A stretch of DNA of 64,000 nt, from the NCBI GenBank assembly GCA_963700635.1, contig CAVOYH010000001.1, positions 288,001-352,000 on the forward strand, in the 5' to 3' direction. Made by a program: the position numbers and the translations under genes. This DNA is from an uncultured Bacteroidota bacterium (GTDB lineage: Bacteria; Bacteroidota; Ignavibacteria; UBA10030; UBA6906). The notes below the pieces were generated by a model. The model made no database searches. It worked only from the letters and a program-made list of their open reading frames with translations, and was not told the origin of the DNA. Below, in pieces: positions 39,017-48,317 of the stretch. How positions within the stretch are numbered: the first letter of the stretch is position 1; each line of letters begins with the position of its first letter.

Positions 39017-40192
39017 ATGAAACGTTATTTTACCTTCAGTCTGGTCATTCTGGCTGTCACGTACTTTGCCACAACCGGTTTCCAATGCGGATCAGCGGAA
39101 ACGACAAGCGCCAGGCTCTACATGCAGCAAAAACAATGGGAAAAGGCGGAGCAGAGCCTTCTCAAGGAAGTTGCAAAGAACGCACAAAACGAAGAGGCCT
39201 GGTTCCTGCTTGGTCAGGTGCGTCTGGAAATAAAAAAATACAATGAAATGAACGAGGCGTACACGAAGGCTCTTGAACTCGGTGATGCACACAAGGCCGA
39301 AATCAGCCGGAACCGCCTTGCCGTGTGGGCGATGATGTACAATGATGGTGTCGGGCTCTACAACCAGGGCCGCGATAGCGCGGTCTTTTATGAGAAGGCC
39401 CTTGATCGCTTCTCAACGGCAATCAACCTCGAACCCGATAGCTCGAGCACCTACTACGTGCGTGCTCTGACATACTACGCTAAACAATCAATGCCGCCGG
39501 CGATTGCGGATCTTGAAGTTGCCCTGGCCAAAAACCCGGGCTTTGAAGATGCTGCCCGCTTGCTGGGTCAGATTCAGTACAACCAGGCGATGGAACTGCT
39601 TCAGGCAAAAGACGAAGCCGCCAGCAACGCCATGTTTGGGAAGGCCACCTCATCCTTCGAAAAGGCATATCAGGCCAATCCGTCCAACGCGGACAACATC
39701 ACAAACCTCATTGATGTGTACGAGCGCACCAAGAACTCCGAAAAAGCGATGGCGCTGACCAAGAACGCTGTCGAAAAGGACCCGAAGAACAAAGTGTTCC
39801 GGTATGCCTACGGGGTATTCCTGTTGAAGCAGGAAAGTTATCCTGAGAGTATAGAACAATTTAACAAGGCCGTCGAAATCGATCCGAATTATATCGACGC
39901 AGTCTATAATCTGGGCGTGGCACATTTGAACTGGGGCGTGAACATGAAGGCGGAAGCCGATAAGAAGGCCGAAGCCGAGCGCCAGAAGAACAAGGGTAAA
40001 GACGTCAAAGAGGACATTGCGTACAAGATGAAGTTCGAGGAAGCCCTGCCATTCCTCGAAAAGGCTGCAGAAACACGGCAGGATGACATCGCGCTCTGGC
40101 AGCAGCTCGGCAAGCTCTACGCAAATCTGAACAAAGTCGAAAAGTCCAAAGCTGCGTTCGAGAAATTTGACAAACTCAGCAAAGGAAAGTAA
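39017..40192 (+). CDS. Exported TPR-repeat protein (possible lipoprotein)
   Basis: Signal-like N-terminus ending GFQC; repeated helical TPR units (AWFLLG, AVYNLG, LWQQLG); AGGAG RBS. Confidence 0.85.
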   Translation: MKRYFTFSLVILAVTYFATTGFQCGSAETTSARLYMQQKQWEKAEQSLLKEVAKNAQNEEAWFLLGQVRLEIKKYNEMNEAYTKALELGDAHKAEISRNRLAVWAMMYNDGVGLYNQGRDSAVFYEKALDRFSTAINLEPDSSSTYYVRALTYYAKQSMPPAIADLEVALAKNPGFEDAARLLGQIQYNQAMELLQAKDEAASNAMFGKATSSFEKAYQANPSNADNITNLIDVYERTKNSEKAMALTKNAVEKDPKNKVFRYAYGVFLLKQESYPESIEQFNKAVEIDPNYIDAVYNLGVAHLNWGVNMKAEADKKAEAERQKNKGKDVKEDIAYKMKFEEALPFLEKAAETRQDDIALWQQLGKLYANLNKVEKSKAAFEKFDKLSKGK

Positions 40193-40202
40193 GAAAAATC
40201 CC

Positions 40203-40526
40203 ATGAACGATCCCGTTCAGTCCGGCCAGCAAATTAATATCGAGCTCGGTGAGAAAGAAGCCGAAGGCGTGTATTCCAACCTCGCCATCATTACGCATTC
40301 GCCGGCCGAATTCGTGATTGACTTCACCCGTGTGCTCCCGGGTGTGCCAAAGGCGAAGGTCCATGCACGCGTGATTATGACGGCACAACACGCCAAACTC
40401 CTTCTCCGCGCCCTGGAGGATAATCTCACCAAGTATGAGATGAAATTCGGTGAGATCAAGATTCATGGTGAGGGAGGAGCGGGCCTCAGCTTCCAGCCTG
40501 TCATGCCTGACGAGAAAGTTCACTAG
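40203..40526 (+). CDS. DUF3467 family protein
   Basis: INIEL..AEGVYSNLAIITHSPAEFVIDF...HAK motif. Confidence 0.88.
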   Translation: MNDPVQSGQQINIELGEKEAEGVYSNLAIITHSPAEFVIDFTRVLPGVPKAKVHARVIMTAQHAKLLLRALEDNLTKYEMKFGEIKIHGEGGAGLSFQPVMPDEKVH

Positions 40527-40536
40527 CAACCCCAAG

Positions 40537-40575
40537 GCGGGGCCCGGTCCGAGGATCGGGCCCCGCAGTGTTTTG
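40537..40575 (+). terminator. Strong hairpin, probable terminator after DUF3467
   Basis: GCGGGGCCCGGTC/GATCGGGCCCCGC stem, then AGTGTTTTG. Confidence 0.6.
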
Positions 40576-40643
40576 TAGAATCTCCACCGCAAAAGACTCC
40601 CTGCATTCCTACCCCCCCCGAGGTGCCCTTTCTGGCTTCCCCC

Positions 40644-40668
40644 TAACTCATTTCCTGACAACGTGTTG
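40644..40668 (+). promoter_or_regulatory. IHF-like site upstream of the sigma54 promoter
   Basis: TAACTCATT...ACAACGTGTTG resembles WATCAA-N4-TTR elements, about 40-60 nt upstream of the -24 box. Confidence 0.35.
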
Positions 40669-40705
40669 CGGCATGGTGTGATGATGGCCACACCTCTGAG
40701 TCCCG

Positions 40706-40720
40706 TGGCACCGCCTTTGC
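40706..40720 (+). promoter_or_regulatory. Sigma54 (-24/-12) promoter
   Basis: TGGCAC-CGCCT-TTGC matches TGGCAC-N5-TTGC; intergenic, 54 nt before the ATG at 40775. Confidence 0.7.
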
Positions 40721-40774
40721 GTCTCAAGGGCGCAGTGTACTGTCAAGGGAACCGTTCGAACACACGGGGCACAT

Positions 40775-42817
40775 ATGAAGAGATCATCGTTGTACGCACA
40801 CCTGGTACGTCTTACTGCCATGGGGTTGGCATTTGGGGCATTTCATTGTGTCAACAAGCCCATGGAACCGGTGATGCCCACATGGGATGTCAATCTCGCC
40901 GTGCCCATCGCAAACAGAACATACTCTCTGGGCGATATCCTGGCAAAAGATTCGTCTCTCCTCCAGGCTAACCCCGGCAGCACCCAGTTGTATCTCAAAA
41001 CTTCGGTGACGGCCGATCCGACATACGTAGGAGACAGAATTTCTCTGGACCCGATTCAGACCTCTTTTTATTCCCAACTCGGACCCTTTTCGGTGACATC
41101 GGAGACCGTGCGTCTCAACATACAGATCCCCGGTTTTCCGCCCGGAGCGACCATGATTGTCCCGCCGATGCCCCCCCGGGATGTCCCGGCGGTGGGCGGA
41201 GACCTTCCCTTTATTGAGTACCTGGCGCTCGAAAGCGGTATCGTGGAACTTCGCCTTCAGAACAGGATGCAGGTCGGACTCCGGATCGAAGCTCCGATCA
41301 TGCTTGCGAACGAATCCGGAAGTGCCATCGGGTCGTTTGATTTTGGGAGTACCATGATCGATCCCGGGCAGAGCCGGACGGCGACGGTCTCTCTGGCCGG
41401 GAAAACCGTTCACGATCGTGTCCGGCTCGACAACATTCGTATTTCGAGTCCGGGCAGCGGGACGTCCATGGTGACGATTCCCGACACCATGTTGTTTGCG
41501 GAGATAACCACGTCGGATCTGGTCGCGACTGCCGCCACCTTAAGCAATATTGCCGCCCAGCATATTGTGGAATCCCGCGAGCTGCCGATGACGGCAGCGA
41601 CGCTTATGCGCGATGTGTGGCTGAACAGCGGCGTTCTTCGCCTCCGGTTGGTGAACAAAGTAAATCTACACACTTCCCTGCGTCTCCGTCTGCCGGAACT
41701 TCTTCGCCCGTCAGGACAGGCGTTTGACCAGGTGATCGCTCTCGCCCCCCAGGATTCGATCAATCTCGCGATCGATCTTGCGCGGTTCCAGCTTCATTCC
41801 CAGAATGGATCCTATCTCCGGTCACTCCGAGCTGAATGCGAAGCGGATATGCCGGGAAGTAATGGGCAGCCGGTGTCTGTCAACGCCACCGATTATGTCT
41901 CCGTGAACGTGAGCACCTCCACGATAGTCGCCGACAGTGCCGTGGCGGCGTTGCAACCCACGGTCATTGCTATCGACGAACATATCGGGTTGAATCTCGG
42001 GGTTCTCAGCCGGAAATTTCGCGGGAATCTGAACATTCCTGCGGCCGACATGATGTTCACACCCCGAACGAATCTCCGGATGCCGATGGAGCTGAATCTT
42101 CGATTCGAAGCGAAAACAACTCAGGGAAGCACCGTTACCCTCGATGTACCGGTGACCAAAGGGACGCAGGGGCTCGATGCCATATCCTTCGTTTCAGGTG
42201 ATGTGGGAAGATTCCTGACCAGCGTGTCCGGCGCATTACCCGACTCCCTGCGTGTGGTCGGCACGATTGTTCTGAATCCTGATTATGATACTACCGCTCC
42301 GGCATGTGTCGGACGCAACTGCTCGTTCGCCGGCGATCTGGATCTCTCCATCCCCATGAGTTTGCGCATGGTGAACGGACAGTTCGCAGACACGCTGGTG
42401 ATGGGGGATACAACGGGTGACGGGTCTTCCGACAAACGTATCGATGACAAAACCCTCAACGATGTGAACTACGGACAGTTGCATGTGGTGATCGACAACG
42501 CGCTTCCGCTTGATGTGAAAGTCAAAATCGGTTTGCTGGACCGGTTCTGCTCAATGGTGCTTGCCGTTCCTCAAACCGAAGGGGACTCGATTGCCATCGT
42601 GTCAGGCGCGCTGATGAATGGCGATGTGCAGGCTTCATCCAGGTCAACCCGGACAATCGAACTCCTTGGCACGGAGATCCGGCAGTTTAATCTCGCGGAT
42701 CTTGTGAAAATTGACATGGCATTGAGCACCGGAGGTGATGTGCCGGTAAATCTCAGAACCACCGATCACGTGAAAGTGAGAATGTGGACTCAATTCTCCT
42801 ACAGGGTAAAACCATGA
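40775..42817 (+). CDS. Uncharacterised beta-rich putative lipoprotein with four internal repeats
   Basis: 680-aa ORF; signal-like N-terminus ending at Cys25; repeated G-x-(L/V)-x-(L/V)-x-(L/I)-x-N units. Confidence 0.8.
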   Translation: MKRSSLYAHLVRLTAMGLAFGAFHCVNKPMEPVMPTWDVNLAVPIANRTYSLGDILAKDSSLLQANPGSTQLYLKTSVTADPTYVGDRISLDPIQTSFYSQLGPFSVTSETVRLNIQIPGFPPGATMIVPPMPPRDVPAVGGDLPFIEYLALESGIVELRLQNRMQVGLRIEAPIMLANESGSAIGSFDFGSTMIDPGQSRTATVSLAGKTVHDRVRLDNIRISSPGSGTSMVTIPDTMLFAEITTSDLVATAATLSNIAAQHIVESRELPMTAATLMRDVWLNSGVLRLRLVNKVNLHTSLRLRLPELLRPSGQAFDQVIALAPQDSINLAIDLARFQLHSQNGSYLRSLRAECEADMPGSNGQPVSVNATDYVSVNVSTSTIVADSAVAALQPTVIAIDEHIGLNLGVLSRKFRGNLNIPAADMMFTPRTNLRMPMELNLRFEAKTTQGSTVTLDVPVTKGTQGLDAISFVSGDVGRFLTSVSGALPDSLRVVGTIVLNPDYDTTAPACVGRNCSFAGDLDLSIPMSLRMVNGQFADTLVMGDTTGDGSSDKRIDDKTLNDVNYGQLHVVIDNALPLDVKVKIGLLDRFCSMVLAVPQTEGDSIAIVSGALMNGDVQASSRSTRTIELLGTEIRQFNLADLVKIDMALSTGGDVPVNLRTTDHVKVRMWTQFSYRVKP

Positions 42818-44217
42818 GCGCACCGGGGCAAGTACGCAGGGCAGGAATCCTTCTACTGACTGTGGGCTCAACGCTGATTGCGTTTGCCGGCGGGGAGCGG
42901 ACGAATATCCAGGGCGTCGGGATGGCCAGGACTTTTGTCGCGGTATCACGGGGGCTGGATGCTGTCGGGATTAATCCTGCCAACCTGGCCGCCGCCGACG
43001 AGGGAACGGTCACGATTGGCCTCATGCCCTTTGGAATCCACCTCGGTACGGACTTTCTCAACTACGGCCTCTACAACGAATACTTCACCGGTGTTGAGTC
43101 CGGAAGTGGCCGGGAACCGAGGTATCTGACGGACCCTGACAAACAGGTGATCCTCGGATCCTTCCCGGAGGAGACGGGGAGGGCGTCTGCTCAGCTCGAA
43201 GTGCGTCCCGTCGGCCTGTCCGTGTTCCTGGGGAAATACGGGCGTGTTGCCCTGACGCTCACCGATTATGTTACGGTGAATGCCATGATCCCGCGCGACT
43301 ATGCGGAGTTCATGCTGTACGGGAATACCCCCGGATCCGTGTACGACTTTGGAGAGACCTCGGCATATGCCACATGGCTCCGTGAGTACGCTCTGTCGTA
43401 CGGCATGACCCTTCCTGCACCCTCGTTTGTACAATCATTGTCCGCAGGTGTTTCGATCAAACTTATCCATGGTTTCGGGCATTTTGAGATCGACCGGTTC
43501 AATACCCGCCTGGTGACGGGCACGGATGGTATACTCCAGGGGTCAATTGACGTACACGGACGTGTGTCCGGCAGCGAGTTCCTGAGAGGTTCGGGCGAGA
43601 CTTCATTCCAGCCATTCCCCGCTCCGGCAGGAAGAGGTCTGGGATTTGACCTTGGCATTGCGTCGGACGTGAACGACTACGTGCGGGTCGGGATAAGCGT
43701 CACGGATATTGGCTCGGTGGACTGGACCGGAAACGTGGATGAGATCGTCTCCGTCGGGGATCTCACGATGGATGATCCGTTGAACGAAGCGCAACGTGAT
43801 TCGATTGAACACGCTGTGATGGGGGAGACCCGTCCGGGCAGGCCATTCACCTCCCATCTGCCTACAACGTTACGACTGGGAGCATCTGTTGAGCTCCACA
43901 AAGTCCCCGCGCTCAAAAAGCTCCTGTGGGGCGAGTGGACCTTCGCGTGCGACTACAATCACGGGCTCGTCGATGGGGCGGGGGCTCTGACCACAGGGCG
44001 GCTCTCCATGGGTCTTGAGTTCCGTCCGTGGAGTTTCCTTCCCTTGCGGACGGGTGTTTCATTTGGTGGGGCCGACCACTTTAACTTTGCGCTGGGTTTC
44101 GGGTTCCATGCCGGGCCATTTGATCTGGATCTTGCCTCCGAGCATTTGAATTTTCTGTTCAGCGAAGAATCACTCTCGCACGGATCCGTGGCTGTCGGGA
44201 TGCGGATCAGGATTTAG
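42814..44217 (+). CDS. DUF5723-like outer-membrane beta-barrel (FadL/PorV-like N-terminal hatch)
   Basis: Signal peptide; GMARTFVAV..G.DA...NPANL; GRGLGFDLG, VTDIGSVDW, LPTTLRLG, LPLRTG; ATGA overlap with the upstream gene. Confidence 0.75.
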   Translation: MSAPGQVRRAGILLLTVGSTLIAFAGGERTNIQGVGMARTFVAVSRGLDAVGINPANLAAADEGTVTIGLMPFGIHLGTDFLNYGLYNEYFTGVESGSGREPRYLTDPDKQVILGSFPEETGRASAQLEVRPVGLSVFLGKYGRVALTLTDYVTVNAMIPRDYAEFMLYGNTPGSVYDFGETSAYATWLREYALSYGMTLPAPSFVQSLSAGVSIKLIHGFGHFEIDRFNTRLVTGTDGILQGSIDVHGRVSGSEFLRGSGETSFQPFPAPAGRGLGFDLGIASDVNDYVRVGISVTDIGSVDWTGNVDEIVSVGDLTMDDPLNEAQRDSIEHAVMGETRPGRPFTSHLPTTLRLGASVELHKVPALKKLLWGEWTFACDYNHGLVDGAGALTTGRLSMGLEFRPWSFLPLRTGVSFGGADHFNFALGFGFHAGPFDLDLASEHLNFLFSEESLSHGSVAVGMRIRI

Positions 44218-44274
44218 CTCGGGGGAGGATGCGGGTGGGGCGTGTGTGCGGTGATTCCGTTCGTTCTGTCTGTT

Positions 44275-45657
44275 TTACAGAATAAACTTCGAGAGATCCC
44301 GATCGCGGACGATCGAGGCGAGACGCACCTGAACCCGTTCGCGATCAACGATGATGGTCTTTTCCGCGATTTCGTCAGGTGCAAGGTAGAGCGCATCTTC
44401 CAGGAGCGTTGTGAGGACTGTGTGGAGACGGCGGGCGCCGATGTTCTCCACCTGCTCATTCACTTCGCTGGCGATTCGCGCGATTTCGCGGATGCCGTCT
44501 TCCTGAAAGTCCAGCGTGATACCCTCGGTCGCCAGAAGTGCCGCGTACTGCTTGATCAGGGCATTCTGCGGTATAGTCAGGATCTTGACAAAATCCTCTT
44601 CGGTGAGACTGTTCAGCTCGACGCGTATCGGGAAACGTCCCTGGAGTTCGGGTATCAAATCCGACGGTTTTGCCACGTGAAATGCGCCGGAGGCAATGAA
44701 GAGAATATGATCGGTCTTGACCATGCCGTACTTGGTCATGACGTTAGAGCCTTCGACGATGGGGAGCAGGTCACGCTGCACACCCTCACGTGATACGTCG
44801 GGGCCGCCAGAATGTGTTTTGGTGCCCGTGATCTTATCGATCTCATCGAGGAACACGATGCCGGAGTTCTCGACCCGGTGCAGGGCGTCACGAATGGCGG
44901 CGTCCTGGTCGATCAGTTTGCCTGCTTCTTCGTTTGTCAGGATGGTGCGTGCTTCGGCGACGGACACTTTCCGCCGTTTCATCTTTTTGGGAAGAAGGTT
45001 TCCGAAAAGGTCCTGAATATTGAGACCCATATCCTCCATGTTCATCGGACCGATCACCTGCATGAGGGGTCCGCCGTTTGCCGGCAGGTCGATTTCGAGC
45101 ATCCGCTTGTCCAGTTCCCCGGCCCGGAGACGTTTCCGGAATTTTTCGCGTGTCGCATCCGGATCATCTTCTGCCACAGGTTCGGCGTCCGGGGCAGGCA
45201 CGGGGCGTTTTTTTACCGCCGGTAGCAGAAGATCCAGCAGCCGCTCCTCACTCATCGCTCGCGCCTTGTCTTCAACTTCCGTGCGGCGCTCGGCTTTCAC
45301 CATCGTAACCGCATATTCCGTCAGATCGCGGACAATAGACTCCACGTCGCGTCCAACATAGCCGACTTCCGTGAACTTGGAAGCCTCGACCTTGATAAAC
45401 GGCGCGTTGGCAAGCCGGGCAAGCCTCCGGGCAATTTCCGTCTTTCCCACGCCGGTTGGCCCGATGAGAATGATATTGTTGGGCATGATCTCTTCCTGCA
45501 GACCGGAGGCGACCTGAAGGCGTCGCCAGCGGTTGCGCAGGGCTATAGCCACAGAGCGTTTTGCCGCATCCTGTCCGATGATATACTTATCCAACTCCCG
45601 GACAATTTCCCGCGGAGTGAGTTCTTGAAGACGTACATCTGTAGCGGATAGTGTCAT
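44275..45657 (-). CDS. hslU: ATP-dependent protease ATPase subunit HslU
   Basis: [41 protein letters not shown]. Confidence 0.98.
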   Translation of the reverse strand: MTLSATDVRLQELTPREIVRELDKYIIGQDAAKRSVAIALRNRWRRLQVASGLQEEIMPNNIILIGPTGVGKTEIARRLARLANAPFIKVEASKFTEVGYVGRDVESIVRDLTEYAVTMVKAERRTEVEDKARAMSEERLLDLLLPAVKKRPVPAPDAEPVAEDDPDATREKFRKRLRAGELDKRMLEIDLPANGGPLMQVIGPMNMEDMGLNIQDLFGNLLPKKMKRRKVSVAEARTILTNEEAGKLIDQDAAIRDALHRVENSGIVFLDEIDKITGTKTHSGGPDVSREGVQRDLLPIVEGSNVMTKYGMVKTDHILFIASGAFHVAKPSDLIPELQGRFPIRVELNSLTEEDFVKILTIPQNALIKQYAALLATEGITLDFQEDGIREIARIASEVNEQVENIGARRLHTVLTTLLEDALYLAPDEIAEKTIIVDRERVQVRLASIVRDRDLSKFIL

Positions 45658-45682
45658 GGAGGGCAGAGGGCTTTCAGAAACG

Positions 45683-46219
45683 TTACAGTTCTTCTATGAC
45701 GATATTGGAGTTGGTATAAATACATATGCCTGCGGCCGTAAGAAGTGACTCTTCCACTATTTCCCGGGCCGACAGGGAGGAATGTTTCACGAGCATCCGC
45801 GCGGCACCGAGGGCAAAACTGCCTCCGGAGCCGATGGCGATGATGCCATCGTCCGGTTCAATAATTTCCCCCGATCCGGATATCATCAGCGATGTCTTGC
45901 CGTCCAGAACAGCCAGCAACGCTTCAAGATGCCGGAGGTATTTGTCGGTTCGCCATTCCCGTGCGAGTTCGACCGCCGCCCGCTCCATGTTGCCGCGGTG
46001 TTTTTCGAGATGGTCTTCGAATTTGGTGAAGAGGGTGAAGGCATCTGCGACAGATCCCGCAAACCCTCCGATAATCTTTCCATTGGCGAGCCGCCGGACC
46101 TTGCGGGCCTTGTGTTTCATGACGGTCTGGCCGACCGTGACCTGTCCGTCGGCGCCGATAACCGTTGCCCCCCGGTGCGTCAAACCGAGGACCGTAGTTC
46201 CATGGATGGTGTGCTTCAC
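45683..46219 (-). CDS. hslV: ATP-dependent protease subunit HslV
   Basis: Short propeptide then TTVL; DGQVT, GFAG, IGSGG. Confidence 0.97.
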   Translation of the reverse strand: MKHTIHGTTVLGLTHRGATVIGADGQVTVGQTVMKHKARKVRRLANGKIIGGFAGSVADAFTLFTKFEDHLEKHRGNMERAAVELAREWRTDKYLRHLEALLAVLDGKTSLMISGSGEIIEPDDGIIAIGSGGSFALGAARMLVKHSSLSAREIVEESLLTAAGICIYTNSNIVIEEL

Positions 46220-46238
46220 GATAGGTGTCCGTTCCGGG

Positions 46239-47699
46239 TCAGATGAGTTTACGCCGCAGCCGGGCTACGGGAATAAGCATTGCCTCGCGGTATTTTGCCA
46301 CTGTGCGGCGGGCAATGTTCAGTCCCTGTGCATTGAGCAATTCTGCGAGTTTATGATCACTCAGCGGATGCAGGGCGTCTTCTGCATCAATGAGGGTCCT
46401 GAGCTTCTTTTTTACCTCTTTGTTGGACACCTCGTCGCCGTCGGTCGTGCTGATGGAATCGCTGAAAAAATGGCGGAGGGAGAACACGCCGTAGTCGGTC
46501 TGAACGTATTTGCTGTTAACGACACGGCTGATCGTGGATATGTCCATGTTGATCACTTCAGCAATATCCTTGTAAATCATCGGGCGGAGGCCCTCACCGG
46601 TGTCAAAAAAGTCCCGTTGCTTCTCCAGGATGGTCCGCATCACCTTGAGCATCGTTTCGCGGCGCTGGTGGATGGAGCTGATAAACCACTTTGCCGCCTC
46701 AAAACGCTGGCGGATGAAGTCTTTTGCCTCCGTCGAAACACCGTTCTTCTTCCGCTTGGACATCAGATCTTTGTACGCCTTGTTGATGCGGAGCGGAGGA
46801 ATGTTACGGTCGTTGAGTGAAATCAGAAAGTCGGTTTCGGTTTTGGTGATAATAAAGTCCGGGACCACGTAGTTCTCATGGGCGGTAAACTCCCCCTCGC
46901 CGGGTTTCGGATTGAGGTGTTGGATTATCTCAATGACGCCCTTCAGATCCTCGAGCGTGATGCCGAGCTTCTTGGAGAGTTCTTCAAAATGCCGCATCGT
47001 GAAATCGTCATAAAAATCGCTCAGCAATTGCGTGGCGATCCGCTTCACCGCGGGGTCGAGGCGGGCAACGCCAAGCTGGACGAGCAGGCACTCCTGGAGC
47101 GAACGGGCGCCAATACCGACGGGATCCATGTGCTGGATCTTTGAAAGGACCAGTTCAGCTTTTTCCACGGTGATGGCGGTGCCGTGGGTCAGATTAAGAT
47201 CCTGGACGATCACCGGCAGTTCGCGGCGGAGATACCCGTCTTCATCGATATTCCCGATGATCTCCTGTCCGATAAGGAATTCCTCATCGTCCAGATCCAG
47301 CAGGCTGAATTGTTCGAGAAGTCGGTGAGAAAGAGAAACACTGTCGGCGATCGGCAGTTCGTCTTTTTCTTCGCTGTCAAAAGGCTCCCGTGCCTTGTAC
47401 CCGTGAAGATCGTCATTCATGTAATCTTCGATGGAGTACTTCTCGTCCTCCTCGGCGAGTTTCTCGGCTTCCTTTTCCGCGGCAGCGTCTTCGGGCGGAT
47501 CCTCCTTGACGGCGTCTTCCTGTTCCGTTGCGGCTTCAAGTTCTTCTTCGTACCCCTCCTCCAGGAGAGGGTTCATTTCGAGTTCGGCCTTGATCTTCTG
47601 TTCCAGGGCGAGCGTGGGGAGCTGCAGCATCTTCAGGTATTGAACCTGTTGAGGCGACAGCTTCATCATCATTCTATGTTGCAGGGAGATGTTCAGCAT
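46239..47699 (-). CDS. rpoN: RNA polymerase sigma-54 factor
   Basis: Gln/Leu-rich region I, NPLLE, STISR, RpoN box [10 protein letters not shown]. Confidence 0.98.
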   Translation of the reverse strand: MLNISLQHRMMMKLSPQQVQYLKMLQLPTLALEQKIKAELEMNPLLEEGYEEELEAATEQEDAVKEDPPEDAAAEKEAEKLAEEDEKYSIEDYMNDDLHGYKAREPFDSEEKDELPIADSVSLSHRLLEQFSLLDLDDEEFLIGQEIIGNIDEDGYLRRELPVIVQDLNLTHGTAITVEKAELVLSKIQHMDPVGIGARSLQECLLVQLGVARLDPAVKRIATQLLSDFYDDFTMRHFEELSKKLGITLEDLKGVIEIIQHLNPKPGEGEFTAHENYVVPDFIITKTETDFLISLNDRNIPPLRINKAYKDLMSKRKKNGVSTEAKDFIRQRFEAAKWFISSIHQRRETMLKVMRTILEKQRDFFDTGEGLRPMIYKDIAEVINMDISTISRVVNSKYVQTDYGVFSLRHFFSDSISTTDGDEVSNKEVKKKLRTLIDAEDALHPLSDHKLAELLNAQGLNIARRTVAKYREAMLIPVARLRRKLI

Positions 47700-47703
47700 G
47701 ATG

Positions 47704-48273
47704 TCACAAAGGTCCCGTCGTTCTGTCTCCTTGTCGTTTCAATTCTGTGTACCACCGTTCTCCAAACCTCCGGATGAGGGCTTCCTTGAGGAAATCCAGG
47801 AGGTGTACACCCCGGTTGGCGCCATTGGTGCGGCCCGACCGGCACTCAGAAATCTGTTCATACCGGATGACTTGCTGGCCAGAGTGTCTGACCCTGACGG
47901 GGAACAGGTGACAGGATATCGGCTTGCGCCAGGTAATCCTGCCTTCCTCGAACGCCCGCTCAACGCTGCACTTCGCGATCCCCTGATCGAAGTACACGAA
48001 CACACATTCCTTGTGGTCAACACAGACCGTCGCGTAGTTGCCCGACTCACCCTCAACGGGTCCGATCTGTTCAAGTACCTCTCTGTTCCGTGCCGGCAGA
48101 TAATCTTTCACGGCAGCATACGATTCCCTGAGGAACGGGACCTCGGCGTCTTCTAACGGGGCGCCGCGTCCGCCCTCCAGGCAGCAACACGCTCCTGCAC
48201 AGGCCTTCAAATCACAACAGAACTGTGCGGTGACGACGGCTGGATCGACAAATACCGAGTCCACAAGAATCAT
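47704..48273 (-). CDS. DUF3109 family Cys-rich protein
   Basis: FCCDLKACAGACC..G..GAPL, ECVF, KPISCHLFP, LIRRFG..WY. Confidence 0.88.
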   Translation of the reverse strand: MILVDSVFVDPAVVTAQFCCDLKACAGACCCLEGGRGAPLEDAEVPFLRESYAAVKDYLPARNREVLEQIGPVEGESGNYATVCVDHKECVFVYFDQGIAKCSVERAFEEGRITWRKPISCHLFPVRVRHSGQQVIRYEQISECRSGRTNGANRGVHLLDFLKEALIRRFGERWYTELKRQGDRTTGPL

Positions 48274-48317
48274 ACCATAAAAGTATACCACTTTTTTAGG
48301 AGAAAGGAAAGATTCTA

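Noticed and set aside
40612-40619. C8 tract upstream of the sigma54 promoter as a phase-variation switch
   Set aside because: Short, in GC-rich DNA, and no evidence of length variation from a single sequence.
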